A stretch of DNA of 56,609 bases, counting the filler, from Sphacelaria rigidula (lineage: Eukaryota), in NCBI GenBank assembly GCA_964200075.2. It is 6 parts of 6 records of this genome, joined end to end, with 100 filler letters (N's around TTAATTAATTAA, not from the genome) between each part and the next. Parts side by side here need not be neighbours in the genome. Positions count along the whole stretch, not along the records: positions 1 to 9,353 come from CAXNAA020008693.1; positions 9,454 to 18,805 come from CAXNAA020008694.1; 4 more parts are not named here. The stretch is one strand, 5' to 3'. Each line of letters begins with the position of its first letter. Positions within the stretch are counted from its first letter, which is position 1. The notes below the pieces were generated by a model that saw nothing but the letters and a program-made list of their open reading frames with translations, had not been told where the DNA came from and did no database searches. Shown one piece after another: positions 1 through 11,310 of the stretch. Position numbers and translations under genes: made by a program.

Positions 1-587
1 CATGAGAGGCGTGTAGCAGTCCGAAATCAGATATAACGCCCAAATGAGTCGCGTCGTGCAGCACGAAACTAGCTGTAACGGCACTTATGATCACCGCCTC
101 CGTGCACTTTTTTGGCCGGTTCGGGGGGGGGGGGGATCTCGGCAGCAGTAGGAAAAGGAAAGTTCCCATCTATTAGGTCGTGATTTCAACTATTTGAGTT
201 GTGTTGACGGTGGTTGGAATCCTCGTGCGGAACGCGGTCCGTGTTTCGACCTACGACAATACCCATACCCCCTTGCGCGTGATTGCCGCCCTCCTTGAAG
301 TCGCTGGTCTGTTCGCGTGCTGTTTTACCGTTTCTGTATCACTTGTTTCCCATCCTAGTATACTCGATGAGAACGGCGCGTGATTTCTCGTGCTAATGAA
401 GTTGTGAATCGTGGTGTGTTACGCTCTTTTTGTTTTTTTCTTTATTTTCCTGAAATCTCTCTCTGGCACTACAGCAACCAATCCAAATATACTCGGCGCC
501 ATTGTGTACTAGTATATGCACCTAAATATCGGGGTGAACCCCCGTGACTTTGTCGACAGCATTCCTGTGCCAGACCCAGCAAGCAAC

Positions 588-1110
588 CAAGGTTGTGTTC
601 TGAAGGGTACAATATTCTCAATACCCTGGGTGTTTACCCGGGTATGACCCGTGCCCGACAGCTCTGTACAATCTGTACGAAATGGTCACCCTTACCCAGG
701 GCACGGGTATAGAACCCTTGTAGAAGTACCCGGTTGCGGGTAAGGGCTTCTGTAAAAATTTCATACCGTACCCGACAGGTTCTGTTCGTTGTGGAGAAAC
801 TTCCGTACCGGTACCCGACAGTTCTGTGCGATCTCTACGAAACGTTCACTCATACCCGGGATACCGATATACCCTCGTAGAAATACCCGGTTGCGGGTAA
901 GGGTTTCTGTACAAGCTTCATACTGGTACCCGACAGGTTCTGTAAGCTCCGTAAGCCTCTCGTACCAGTACCTGACAATTCTGCACGATCTGTACGAAGT
1001 GTTCACTCTCATACCCGGGGTACGTGCATACCCGTGTAGAAATTCCCGGTTGCGGGTAAGGGTTTCTGTACAACTTCTATGCCCGTAACCTACAGAAGAA
1101 CATAGTCTTG
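588..1110. mobile_element. Non-autonomous TIR DNA transposon (MITE family A), internally repetitive
   Basis: Left end CAAGGTTGTGTTCTGAAGGGTAC and degenerate inverted right end (..CCGTAACCTACAGAAGAACATAGTCTTG). Flanks CAAGCAAC / CAAGCAAT are a 7/8 target-site duplication (TSD). Internal repeats of TACCCGACAG(G)TTCTGT and TACCCGGTTGCGGGTAAGGG. Homologous to 16936-17445 and 28357-28488. Confidence 0.8.
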
Positions 1111-2236
1111 CAAGCAATCGCACGGCCGCGCACGGGTTGGTCGGCCGCCTTAGCGTTGTTGGCTCTGGGTCTCTACCTTCAGGTCCGCGATATTCTTGAC
1201 TCGAGAGCGCCGACCTATCCTCTGCAATAGAAAGTACGATTGCGGACTACGCAAGTGGGTCCAAAAGTAACGAGCTATTCGGACATAATGCCGCGATACC
1301 CCCCCCCCCACCCCCCCCCCTTCCCTGAGGTCAACGGTCTATGACTACGGTATGCATGATCATAAGTACCCCCCCCCCCTCCCCAGGCAAGTGGCTGTTT
1401 GAGGAGGCAAAATCTACACGTGAAATAAATTGGCAAAGGCCGTGTACGCCGAGCAGCTGGGAACTCCCAAATGTCGCCCATATGAGGTGCTTCATACGGT
1501 CTGAAATCGGCTACCATGCGCTGTATGGTCATTTTTTTCGCCATAGTTTTGGGTCTGGTTTGGGGGGGCGGCTATCGCGGCGTCACTCACTGGTATTGGC
1601 ACTGCGCTCATATTGTTCGTTCTTGGTTTTCTGGGTGCCATGAGCGTGGACCTGCTATACCTTGAAATTTTCTCTACTGTACGCAGTGGTCGGGGCTACG
1701 GATCTCAATACAGACCGCGAGCTGTCACGGCCGCGACTTCTTTTCTTTTTGGCCGTAAATCCGGGCGATCCAATGGAAGAACTACATTATCGATGAAAAG
1801 AATTTAAAAAAAAAATGAAGATAAGATAAAATTAAAATTAAAAAGTAAACACTACACCTGAAGGATCACACGTACGGATGGCCCTACAACAACTTCAGAT
1901 GGGCACCACCAGCAACACTGTGATGCCTATCCATGCCAAAGGGGCGACCAAACGTTAAACCTGTGTGTGCATGACCTGCAACATACAACAATCCGTAACT
2001 AGTAACGCTTTCAACGTCAGGGGTGGTCAACCGTTGAATCGGAATACCTTTCACCCTGAAAACATGAGTGCACATGATCAACCCACCCTGGCGATCAAAG
2101 GGCTAATCACACAATTTTATTTTCATTTTGGTCACACTTTGAACCCTTCCCCTTCCTCGGGAGGGGTCCGTGGTCTCAAGCGATCAAGCTATCTATCCCT
2201 TGCCGGTACGAGCCTTGTATTTTGGTCTCGCGCATT

Positions 2237-2445
2237 GGGTCGGTCAGCACTCCGCAACCGCGTCAAGTCTCGTGAAAAAAAACTTACCCCACTACTTTTT
2301 TGTTTACTCACGCGCTATAATAACGCTTACGACGGTGGAGATCACATCGAACAAGAAAAAAAAACAAGGCGCATCGGGAATCGAACTGACGTTCTCTACA
2401 CCCCAAAGGCGACAATCGCGAGCAATGCTACGGTAGGGGTTGCAC
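2237..2445 (-). mobile_element. tRNA-derived SINE-like repeat, family 2
   Basis: Shares GGTCAGCACTCC, TTGTTTACTCACG, GCATCGGGAATCGAAC and GTTCTCTnCACC blocks in the same order with 47265-47460. The minus strand has a Pol III B-box-like GTTCGATTCCC. Confidence 0.55.
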
Positions 2446-2771
2446 ATTTTGTTTCTGGGTCTCTTTTTGTGTAGGAGCCCAAATATATGGCGCTCACTCT
2501 GTAACCCAAATCTCCGGAGACCGTACTCCCAGAAACATCGTGTTTGCACGCAGGGGTCTTTTCGTGAAGCGGCATCATTTTCAGTATTTTTTCTAGGAAA
2601 ACTGATGCCGATTCTCAAAATGAATCCGTCCAACACCCCGAGCACCCCCGATAAACGTTTTCACTGAAAAAAAGTGCAACCTCTACCGTAACATTGCCCT
2701 CGCACCATTAGCCCACCGCGGCACGACGGTATATTCATGATGCCTGAAAACTAAAAGGTTGATTCGCGCAC

Positions 2772-2933
2772 CTCTTCCACCATGAGGTCCGGGTTCCGGA
2801 CCATGGCCGAAAACTCTCGCACTTTCTTCCGCTCCTTTTTGTTCTTCTGGACTTCCTTCTTCCGCTGGAGTTTGCGGTAGGCATCCGTTGGGTTCATCTC
2901 CCGCCTCCCACTCTTTGTCGTAGTACGCGCCAT
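2772..2933 (-). CDS. WBP11: First coding exon of a WW domain-binding protein 11 (WBP11/SIPP1/Saf1)-like splicing factor; rest of the gene not identified
   Basis: ATG at 2933. The 54 codons MARTTTKSGRREMNPTDAYRKLQRKKEVQKNKKERKKVREFSAMVRNPDLMVEE match the Wbp11 N-terminal signature (TKSG..MNPTD..RK..RK.E..KNKK.R..VR). A phase-0 donor GAG|GTGCGC follows. Confidence 0.85.
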
Positions 2934-3109
2934 GGTTTCGCGTTATCAGCAACGACAACGGCAACAGCAACAGTGACAGCAGAACGGCCGCCTTTTCCGT
3001 CTCCTTCCGTCTGTGTTTCGTCGGTTGGCCCAAAAAATGGCCACGATTTTTGCGTGAGCCTTTTCCTTATTTTTTTCCCCCTTCTTGTCAGCAGCTTTTT
3101 TTCGTCGTT

Positions 3110-3180
3110 TGCTCTCTCTCTCCTCTCCCTCCCTCTCTCTGTGTCTGTCTGTCTCCAGCTCTCTCTCTCTCTCTCCTTTC
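3110..3180. repeat. CT-rich microsatellite upstream of the WBP11-like start codon
   Basis: Imperfect (CT)n and (GTCT)n runs. Confidence 0.75.
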
Positions 3181-4409
3181 TTCAAATCACCATGCGGTAC
3201 TGTTGATGTCGTCCGGTGACCGAAAATATATTTTCACATCGACGATTGCGTACCTGGGCACCAGTCGCCTTGTTGCCCTTGACTCCTTCTGTATTGCTCC
3301 AGCTCGAAGCGTTTTATATCCCGTCGATCGCCGCTGTCCCGGCTTGTCACCTTATCTTCCAGAAGTGCTCTCCCAACCAGATATCATTCCGTCCAAACGG
3401 TGTCGACGGTTCAAGCTGTGTTCCGAGTAACGTAGCAACCTCCCCTACCTCGCAAGGAGTGATGGACGCGTTCCCAGCTAATTACCTCCGGTCATGTCCC
3501 AGACTTGATATCCTACCTTTCCCGGCAAACACGTTTCGCGAAACAGTAGCGCGATTGTTGATCACGAGCACCAGTTGTCAGTCGCGCGGCCGCTGCTGCT
3601 TCTCTACTGTACTGCAAGTTACAACCGCAAGATGAGTGCTGATGTTTTCCCTTCTCTCTCTTCCGTGTTATTCCCTGCGCTGCTCCCCGTGGTGCCCGTC
3701 TCTAGCCCTGACGGCTCCGCTTCACCCTGTCCTTGTGAGTGAAATCAAAGCAAGGGGGAATAACCCAACCGAGGGTCCAACCGAGGGTATGAAAGTGTTG
3801 TGGGAGCGGAAGAATGTCCTATCACTCGATTGAATCCAAATTGAATTCACATTTGAGCCATCATCTGTTTGATGAGGTGACGGATGCTGAACAGCGCCTT
3901 AGAGGATCGGCGCTGATAATTTCTCGGCCGGTGATGCCGAACATCGAAGCGATTGTCAACTAGCACGCTGAGAGATTGCGATCGGCAGATGATTACTGTT
4001 GTAGCACACGTTCATATTTCTTCTCTTTCTTCTTTCTTATTTTTTCCTGTTTTGCTTGTATCGCGCTTGTAAGTTTTTTCCTGTTTTTTTTATCCTCATT
4101 CCTTTTTATAGGTAGCTAGCTTGTGACCACGGAAGACGTCTGCATCAGATGCCCAGTACGAATGTACCGCTCAGATATCGGAACGGTTTTTAATGTGAAG
4201 ACAACAGCAACAATAGCAGCAGCAACAACAACAACCACAACCACAACACGTGCGGAACGGCGACCTGAACAGCCAGTCAATTTATTGCTTGAGTGCAGGC
4301 CGTACGTACGATGGTGGAACGACTACACAACCGAAGTACTACTGCGACGACTCGCATCGTTTCCCTACCCGCCCACCCTGTGCTTTTGAAGGCTATCATC
4401 GAGTGAAGA

Positions 4410-4784
4410 CGCGCGTGTGTGTACGTGTGTGTCTTGTCATCCTATCTATTCTGGGCGCCAGTTTACACCCTTCAGTACATGTGGGCGCATCAGACGGGGT
4501 CACACAGGAGGGAGGCCTGCACAGGACTTTTTTTTTTCTTTGCTCTAGTACTCCAGCTTCCTTTTGCGGTGTTTGTCGTACATTTTATCGCGAGAGGGGT
4601 TCAGCGGTTCCTTTCCCTCGTCGACCGTGAAGTCGACTCTAGTGTATCCGCGACATAGTCACTCTTCACTGCTCGGCATGGTGTGAGAGAATATCCCAGA
4701 TCAGATGATATCACCGAAACTCGGACCCACGACTCAAACGTCAAAAGGTTTCGAGGTCACCAACTGAGCCACCGGGGCAAACGG
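4410..4784 (-). mobile_element. tRNA-derived SINE, family 1 (full length)
   Basis: Minus-strand head GCCCCGGTGGCTCAGTTGGTGACCTCGAAACC has an A-box, followed by a degenerate B-box. Conserved body (CCTTTCCCTCGTCGACC, GGGGTCACACAGGA) and a (CA)n-type tail. Homologous to 53887-54253 and 56485-56609. Confidence 0.8.
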
Positions 4785-7700
4785 TCAGAGCGATTTTATG
4801 CTTTTGAAAAGATAAGTGTGAAGTGCCCTGAAAGTGCTCGCTAGGAGGGATACTCTGCCGGCGTCAACAAAGGATTCCGACATGTAACCAGACATATATA
4901 TATATATATATATACATACGTATTTTTCTTAGGCCGTGTCTCATCAATTTTTTTCCGACTCGATCGAGTTTGTGCGGCGGAACTGATTCAGTTCGCTTTG
5001 TTATGTTTGGGTCCGAGCGAATGTACACGCTTCGAATCGAGAAGGCTACGCGAAATTCGTGAAGTGGTACTTCTTTCCTTAAATTCATACACAAACACAG
5101 TACAGTCACAGCACAGACAGTACAGACAGTGCAGACTATACAACCGTAGCTTCCCGTACTGCCTATATAGTGTGTGTGTTTCGCACAGGATGCAGGCGCG
5201 ACATGGAAAAGAAGCGGGCAACGCGACATACAGACAGCACAGCTTCCTGACTCCCTGCATACGGGGGGGGGAGGGGGGGGGGCGTACTCATTTGTTGCTT
5301 GCCTTAGTCATTTGACCATTGACCACGCATCCCTTTCGAGACGGAGCACCGTTCCTACTCCTAATAGAGACACCTCCAACATTCTGGCGCTGCATACGGG
5401 AGGATTCAAAGTAGATTTGGGAGTGTTGCACCGCCTCTACCCTCCATGAGCGCGTTGGCAATTTGATTGCCCACCCCAACACGCAACTCCGTCGGTGCAC
5501 CTTGCCACCAAATTAGATGCCCAAGTTTTCGCCAAGAGAAAGAAACACATCATGCCAAAAGTGTGGTGGTGTGGCTGTCTTATTGTATCACTGCAGTGTA
5601 TGTATCCCTGTGCTCAGTTCGTGATCTATACCGCAGGGTTGAGTAGGTAGCTGCGACTGAACCAGTTGGGTTTTGCGTATTTCTGTGAAAGGGTACCATC
5701 TGGCACGGTTGTCTGCAACATAGGAGATACGTGCCTCTTCGTTCATTCCGCCGCTCGTTTCGCTCGAAAAAGCGAAGCCTTTCTGTTCTTTACCCTGCCC
5801 GTCGCGCGCAACTAATTATAAAGGGCTTGAAGCTATCTGAGAACATAAATGCCGTGGACGTATCTGATACGACCTCGTAGCGACCAATTCGATTCGACCG
5901 CATGTTTTCGAGTCGAAATCATTTTGGTGGCAAGACACGGCCTTATTAAAATAAAAATAAGAAAAAAGAGATCAAACGTTCGCAAGATAAATTGCGTGAT
6001 CACGAGAAGATATACAAGAGGCATCATCTACCATAATATAAAATGCTTCATCAAAACTTCAATATTCGATCCTGAGTTTCGTAGCAAAAGCGAAACGTCC
6101 CTGAGACAGCACAGGATGGTGAAATTGGGTGACGGTGGATAACACCCCCAACGATGATGTTAAAAAATCACAATGTTTGTGGAAGACAACGATTGCATCT
6201 CCTACGAGACTTCGTTCATCCCCAAGTTGTTTTTCTTCCATGATACACACCCGACTACGTGGTCACCGAAGGTTTCGAAAAATCGGGGGTGAAAACGGAC
6301 GATATCACCTCATAAGGGGACGAACGGGGGAGTGCGCGGGGGTTTTACTGTAACGGAGGATAAGCTTGTCAAGAGGGGCCAAGTAGGCTCGGCAACAATC
6401 TGGCATTGTTTATGCACCTTATTTCAACCATTGACCGATGAGCCAGACTGCAGTACAGGCAGTATCCTAGCAAAGCTGTATGTTACACTCAACCCCACGA
6501 CAATCTTCTGGTACGTGGCGTGCTGGCAAACGATGCTGGGGATTCGCGGGAATCCGCCCGCTCCAAGCGGCGGACGGTTCGCCAGGGAGAGTCAATTCCT
6601 CACAGAGCGTCTTGTTGCCCACGACGATTCATGAGGGAATCATGCTCAAAGAGAAACGCCAGCACTTCGCTCGGGAGAAGGATATACACCCGCGATAGTA
6701 CTACCTTACTACACGCTTTAGATGGTCAGTGCACCCGGACCACCACCCGGGGTGTCTTCCCAGTTGGGGGGTGTAAGCAAACCTTTTTGCGTACATATAT
6801 ATTGTGAACTTGGACTCGGTGATCGTGGTCACATACCTTCAAGTCGAAAAAAACGCACACCAGGCGACGGAAGCTCAATATCAAGCAAGAGCGCTCCAAA
6901 ATCAAGTCCAACTGCGTGCGCCCGCCAGAAATCCGTTATACCCGTGCTGCAACTCGACACGCACCGAGCCTGGCGGGGAGGGGGCTCTGTTGGCCTATGA
7001 ATTTAGAGTATGACACATGTGCATGCGGAAGGTATTAAATTCTAACACCTATCGCGTGGCATTTAGACGATCGGGTGCTGGCTGGCAGCCGCAAAAGTAT
7101 AGGGGTGCGGTAGGGCGGAGAGACGGACGGAGCGAGGTACTGGAGCCGAGATAGACAAAGGTAAGGACGCGCTATCTACAAGCTTGATTCTTCAGTGCAT
7201 TCTATTCCCTCCCCCTGCTTGTACACATCCAAAAAAGTAAGTTTCGAGCCACGCAGAATTGATCAAAGCCGCGGTTGCAAAAAGAACAAACACCAGCACA
7301 CAATAGTCAATAGTCCCCGCACACCCGCCTGGAGAACTACAGTGCCACATAAGCTCCCAAGAGCAATCCAAACTTTTTTTGGCTTCGACTGATGAATGGG
7401 GCGCAAAGGGGAAGCCGCTGAGCGGGCTAGTTCTTGCGAGGCAATATACTGTGATGGTACGTAATAGTTAAATGCTCCTCAGGGCCTTGCATTGACCCTT
7501 GTTCCAGCCTTAGCCACGGTGTCATCATCGTCACAACAGACAGTAGTCCTGTCGTATTCCCTGAGAGCACTGGTTTTGATTTCCTGCCCATACTTTGATG
7601 CAGTGTTCTTTACGAGTATATCATCTGATTTGATCATTGGAGACATTCGAGTTGTGTCACGTGATTGGCCTCCTGCTTGCTCCTCTGGTGGGCACAGTGG

Positions 7701-8314
7701 AAAAACCTGTACGATCGGAGTGCACCACCTGAAGAAACAGAAGACACACTGCAAGTATAAGGACAACGAAAACGCTCCACACCCGTGAGAGCTGGGCCCG
7801 TGGGTAACACAATCTTCCAGTACAGTAATGCAAAAATCAACCCATCTCCGCGCTGTAAATACTCGGCTGTTGCAAAGGCGATCACTTGTGTACCGCACAT
7901 GTACGGTAGGCCCTGGTTAGTGCATCTGTGCTGGCTTATGCGTGTTCGATACATGAACATCGAAGCAGGCAGTCAGCCTTTCGCATGGGGCAGTGCGGCA
8001 GCACGTGAATGAGTTGACGCAGCACTACCGCGGAATCAGCCTACTGGCCCACCATTCGCTCCATCAGCGGGTTCCACAAGAACTACACATCGCCTATCAG
8101 CGAGTTTCTCCGAGGGAAAAAAAGTACTGGAGATATGGGCTCATATTCCATCGCACGGACACGTCGAGACATGTCTGTGCCGAGGCGGATGATGGAAACA
8201 CGGAAACAGGTTGCTGCTGTTTTTTCTCGCTCTTCTAATTTCGAGTAATTTAGATTTTCAGCGATACCCCCGATGAAGAAAAAAAATCTCAACCCCTGGC
8301 TGGTGTCATGCTCG

Positions 8315-8760
8315 CTACTCTGATTTCAAGTAAATTGGATTACCCCGATATAACAGTAACGTCATCTCAACCCCTGGTGTCATTTTCCAAAATCCATTCT
8401 CTCGATAACGTCGGCACTCCGGACACCGATATTCGTAGATCGTGTGGTTGGAAAGATGTCGAAACTTGCCAATAAACCTGCTCTGCTGGCTTCGACAATG
8501 GGAGTCTCTTGGATCTCCGAAAAATCGAGTTCGAAGAATGGTGCCCCACCGCGGCTCCGAGATCGCAAATTTTCTGTACATGGGTTATCTTCTTGTGTGT
8601 CGTATTCTTGGACATTCACTGAAATGGATTTACGGTTGTTTTTCTAGGCTTTTGGTGTTTATGCATTTCCCCCCCCCAAAAAATATGCGTCTCGTTCCAA
8701 AGGGGTCATTTTGAAGCGGAAACCCCGCCGAGGCGTTACAATCACTTGATTTCAGTCTAG
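8315..8760. mobile_element. Possible MITE with degenerate TIRs
   Basis: CTACTCTGATTTCAAGTAAATTG versus the reverse complement of CAATCACTTGATTTCAGTCTAG. No TSD confirmed. Confidence 0.35.
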
Positions 8761-9353
8761 AAGGCCGGAAAACAAAACCCCATAATTCATGCGAACTGTA
8801 TGCGCGCACAAAAAGCTAAATCCCATGTTTTTCACGTTAGATATTTCCCAGAAATCTAGCTCCCGTCGTCATAAGCCATGGCACTGAGAGACAGAATGCA
8901 CGGGGAGGAAAAATATAAGGCCCACGAGCATGAAAACACGGCGTCCCAAAGGACGGGGTTCCACCAACACGTTAGCGAAAAAAACTAGAATACACACAAA
9001 TACAGTGTAATACAACAATACAGTTCAGTTGCCCGTCGCAACTCTGTGCAGTCTCCTGGCAGCGCTTCACATACCTTGTACCCTCGAGCACTTGGTCGTG
9101 GCACACAAGCCCGCGGCGGCGCCGGGTATTAGGTACCACAGGTACGGCAAACGTGGTGTACACGTATGTCAAATCCTTCTTTGATTCTCGAGTTGGCGCC
9201 GAGGGTTTGGCATTCAATATTCTATAATAAGGTAGAATGTTTTTTTTCTAATATATCTGCCCTGACCATCAGTTCCTTCCCCCCCCCCCCCCCCCCCCCC
9301 TCGCCAGGGGCGCGGGGGCCGGGGCCTATTGGTGCAGCCGTGTTTTTATGGGG

Positions 9354-9453
9354 NNNNNNNNNNNNNNNNNNNNNNNNNNNNNNNNNNNNNNNNNNNNTTA
9401 ATTAATTAANNNNNNNNNNNNNNNNNNNNNNNNNNNNNNNNNNNNNNNNNNNN
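9354..9453. other. Artificial contig spacer
   Basis: 44 N + TTAATTAATTAA (stops in all six frames) + 44 N. Confidence 0.98.
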
Positions 9454-10119
9454 CGGCTTTGTAGGGATGCGAGGTCAATGGTCTGATGACTATGGCAAGC
9501 ATGATCATGAGTACACCCCCACACCGACGTCGCCGCTCGGTGCCAATATGGAGGACGCCGGGAGAAAAGAAGGAACTACTTGCGTATTTGGATCAATAGT
9601 AACAATAGACGTTACGTTTTGAGGGGAGCCAAAAAGTTTGAGAAGTTGCGTATCAGTGTGGGAAAGTTGTTGTCTAAGCTTCTCGCCTGATTATAGAAAG
9701 ACGCTTGTGATGTTTGTACAGGAATTGCCGTAATCTGTTGAAACATTGTGTCTACTGTGTACGAGCTGGGCCAGCCTGGAGGCTCACATTTTTCTAGCAC
9801 GAGGTAGCTTTTTTACTTCCCCGACATAACCTGAGGGAAGTATACCGCTGTGAAGTGCAGACCAACCTGCTGATGCACGCTCTGCCGCAAAAAAGAAGGA
9901 TGAAATGTGCTGAATCATATGTAACCTCAACAACGGAACCAAAAAAACAAAATGTATCTGTCCGGATTCGAACTCATGACCTTCCGCCCATGTGGAAGTC
10001 TCTCATGAGGTGGGCAACGATTGCAACGGTGACACAAAAACTGCAACGCACGGTCTCATTTGAGGAGCTTGAGCTGAGATTTTACGTGGACGTGATGAAC
10101 GTCAACACGCCAAAATATT

Positions 10120-10544
10120 CAGGGAGGGATACGTGACACGGGACGTTTTAAGGTGACACATTCGAAAACACGTAACTTTGGGTCATTTAACGCTACGTGA
10201 GATTTGATTTTTTTGGATGGGACATATGTAACGTAACGTGATGTAACGTGCGGTCCTTCGCATGAACCCTAACATTTAGTTTTACTTTCGAAATGTGAGA
10301 AAACCTCTGCTTGTTTACGTGAATATGTAACGTGTCACGTGTCACGTTAATAATTCACAAGAACAGCCTTTTTTTTACATCTGGGAAACACCAAGAGACA
10401 CTGCTTCAAGGTCCACATGTTACATCACGTTACATTGCAGTTGTCCCGTCCAAAAAATCAATCCTTACGTAGCGTTAAATGGCCCAAAGTTTCGTTTTTT
10501 CCGTTTTTTTCAAATGTGTCACGTGTGTCACGTATCCCTCCCTG
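10120..10544. mobile_element. hAT-like MITE with long imperfect inverted arms
   Basis: Perfect 20-bp TIR CAGGGAGGGATACGTGACAC / GTGTCACGTATCCCTCCCTG, extending imperfectly about 140 bp. Flanks AAAATATT / AAAATAGT are a 7/8 match for an 8-bp TSD. Confidence 0.85.
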
Positions 10545-11011
10545 AAAATAGTGTCTTGGCCATATAGATACATAGATGGATAAATGAATATACTGAGTCA
10601 TGACATTTGAGAATTTTTCAGGGTCTTGAAATGGCTCTAATTTGCTATTTTATCTCTTTTTTTTTTGTCCCTGAAGGTAACGGTAATATTATTTCCATTT
10701 GGATGATATAAAAACCATGTGTCATTTTTTCAGCTTTTGACTGGTCGTGCACAGCTGCTCAAGCCCCAAAATTACTATAAGGCTGGCCCAGCTCTTACTT
10801 GACTTTTTTTTTTGCTTGCTCGATTCTCCCCCCTCCCTGTCAACGTTCGTCGTCGTCTCTCCTCTTTTTTTTCGTGTGGTATGTTGCCTGCTGCCTCCTG
10901 TTGCTATTGTTGATGGTGTTGTTTTTGCTGTCGTTTGTTAACGTTTTTGCCATGATCCATGCTCGTGCTCGGCGGCGGCGCCGGGTCAACACGGCTATAC
11001 ATGAAAAACAG

Positions 11012-11255
11012 ATGCTGGGCGTCGAGTTCGTCGACAGAGCTCCGGGGACGGTGACGCTGGACGTAGCTGGGCGAGGCACTCAAATTTACAGCCTTGTGGT
11101 GACGATTCCCTTCGACTCGACAAGGAAACGCATGTCTGTTGTTTTGAAAGCTCCCGATGGCTCACACATTCTGTACTGCAAGGTACGTGAAAAATGTATG
11201 TGTGCCATGTTCCAGCAATGAAAATGTTTGTGTGCATGTACCATGTTCCAACAAG

Positions 11256-11310
<55 letters not shown>

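Noticed and set aside
7479..7690. Possible minus-strand terminal exon (EEQAGGQSRD...)
   Set aside because: There is a plausible acceptor but no recognisable homology or partner exons.
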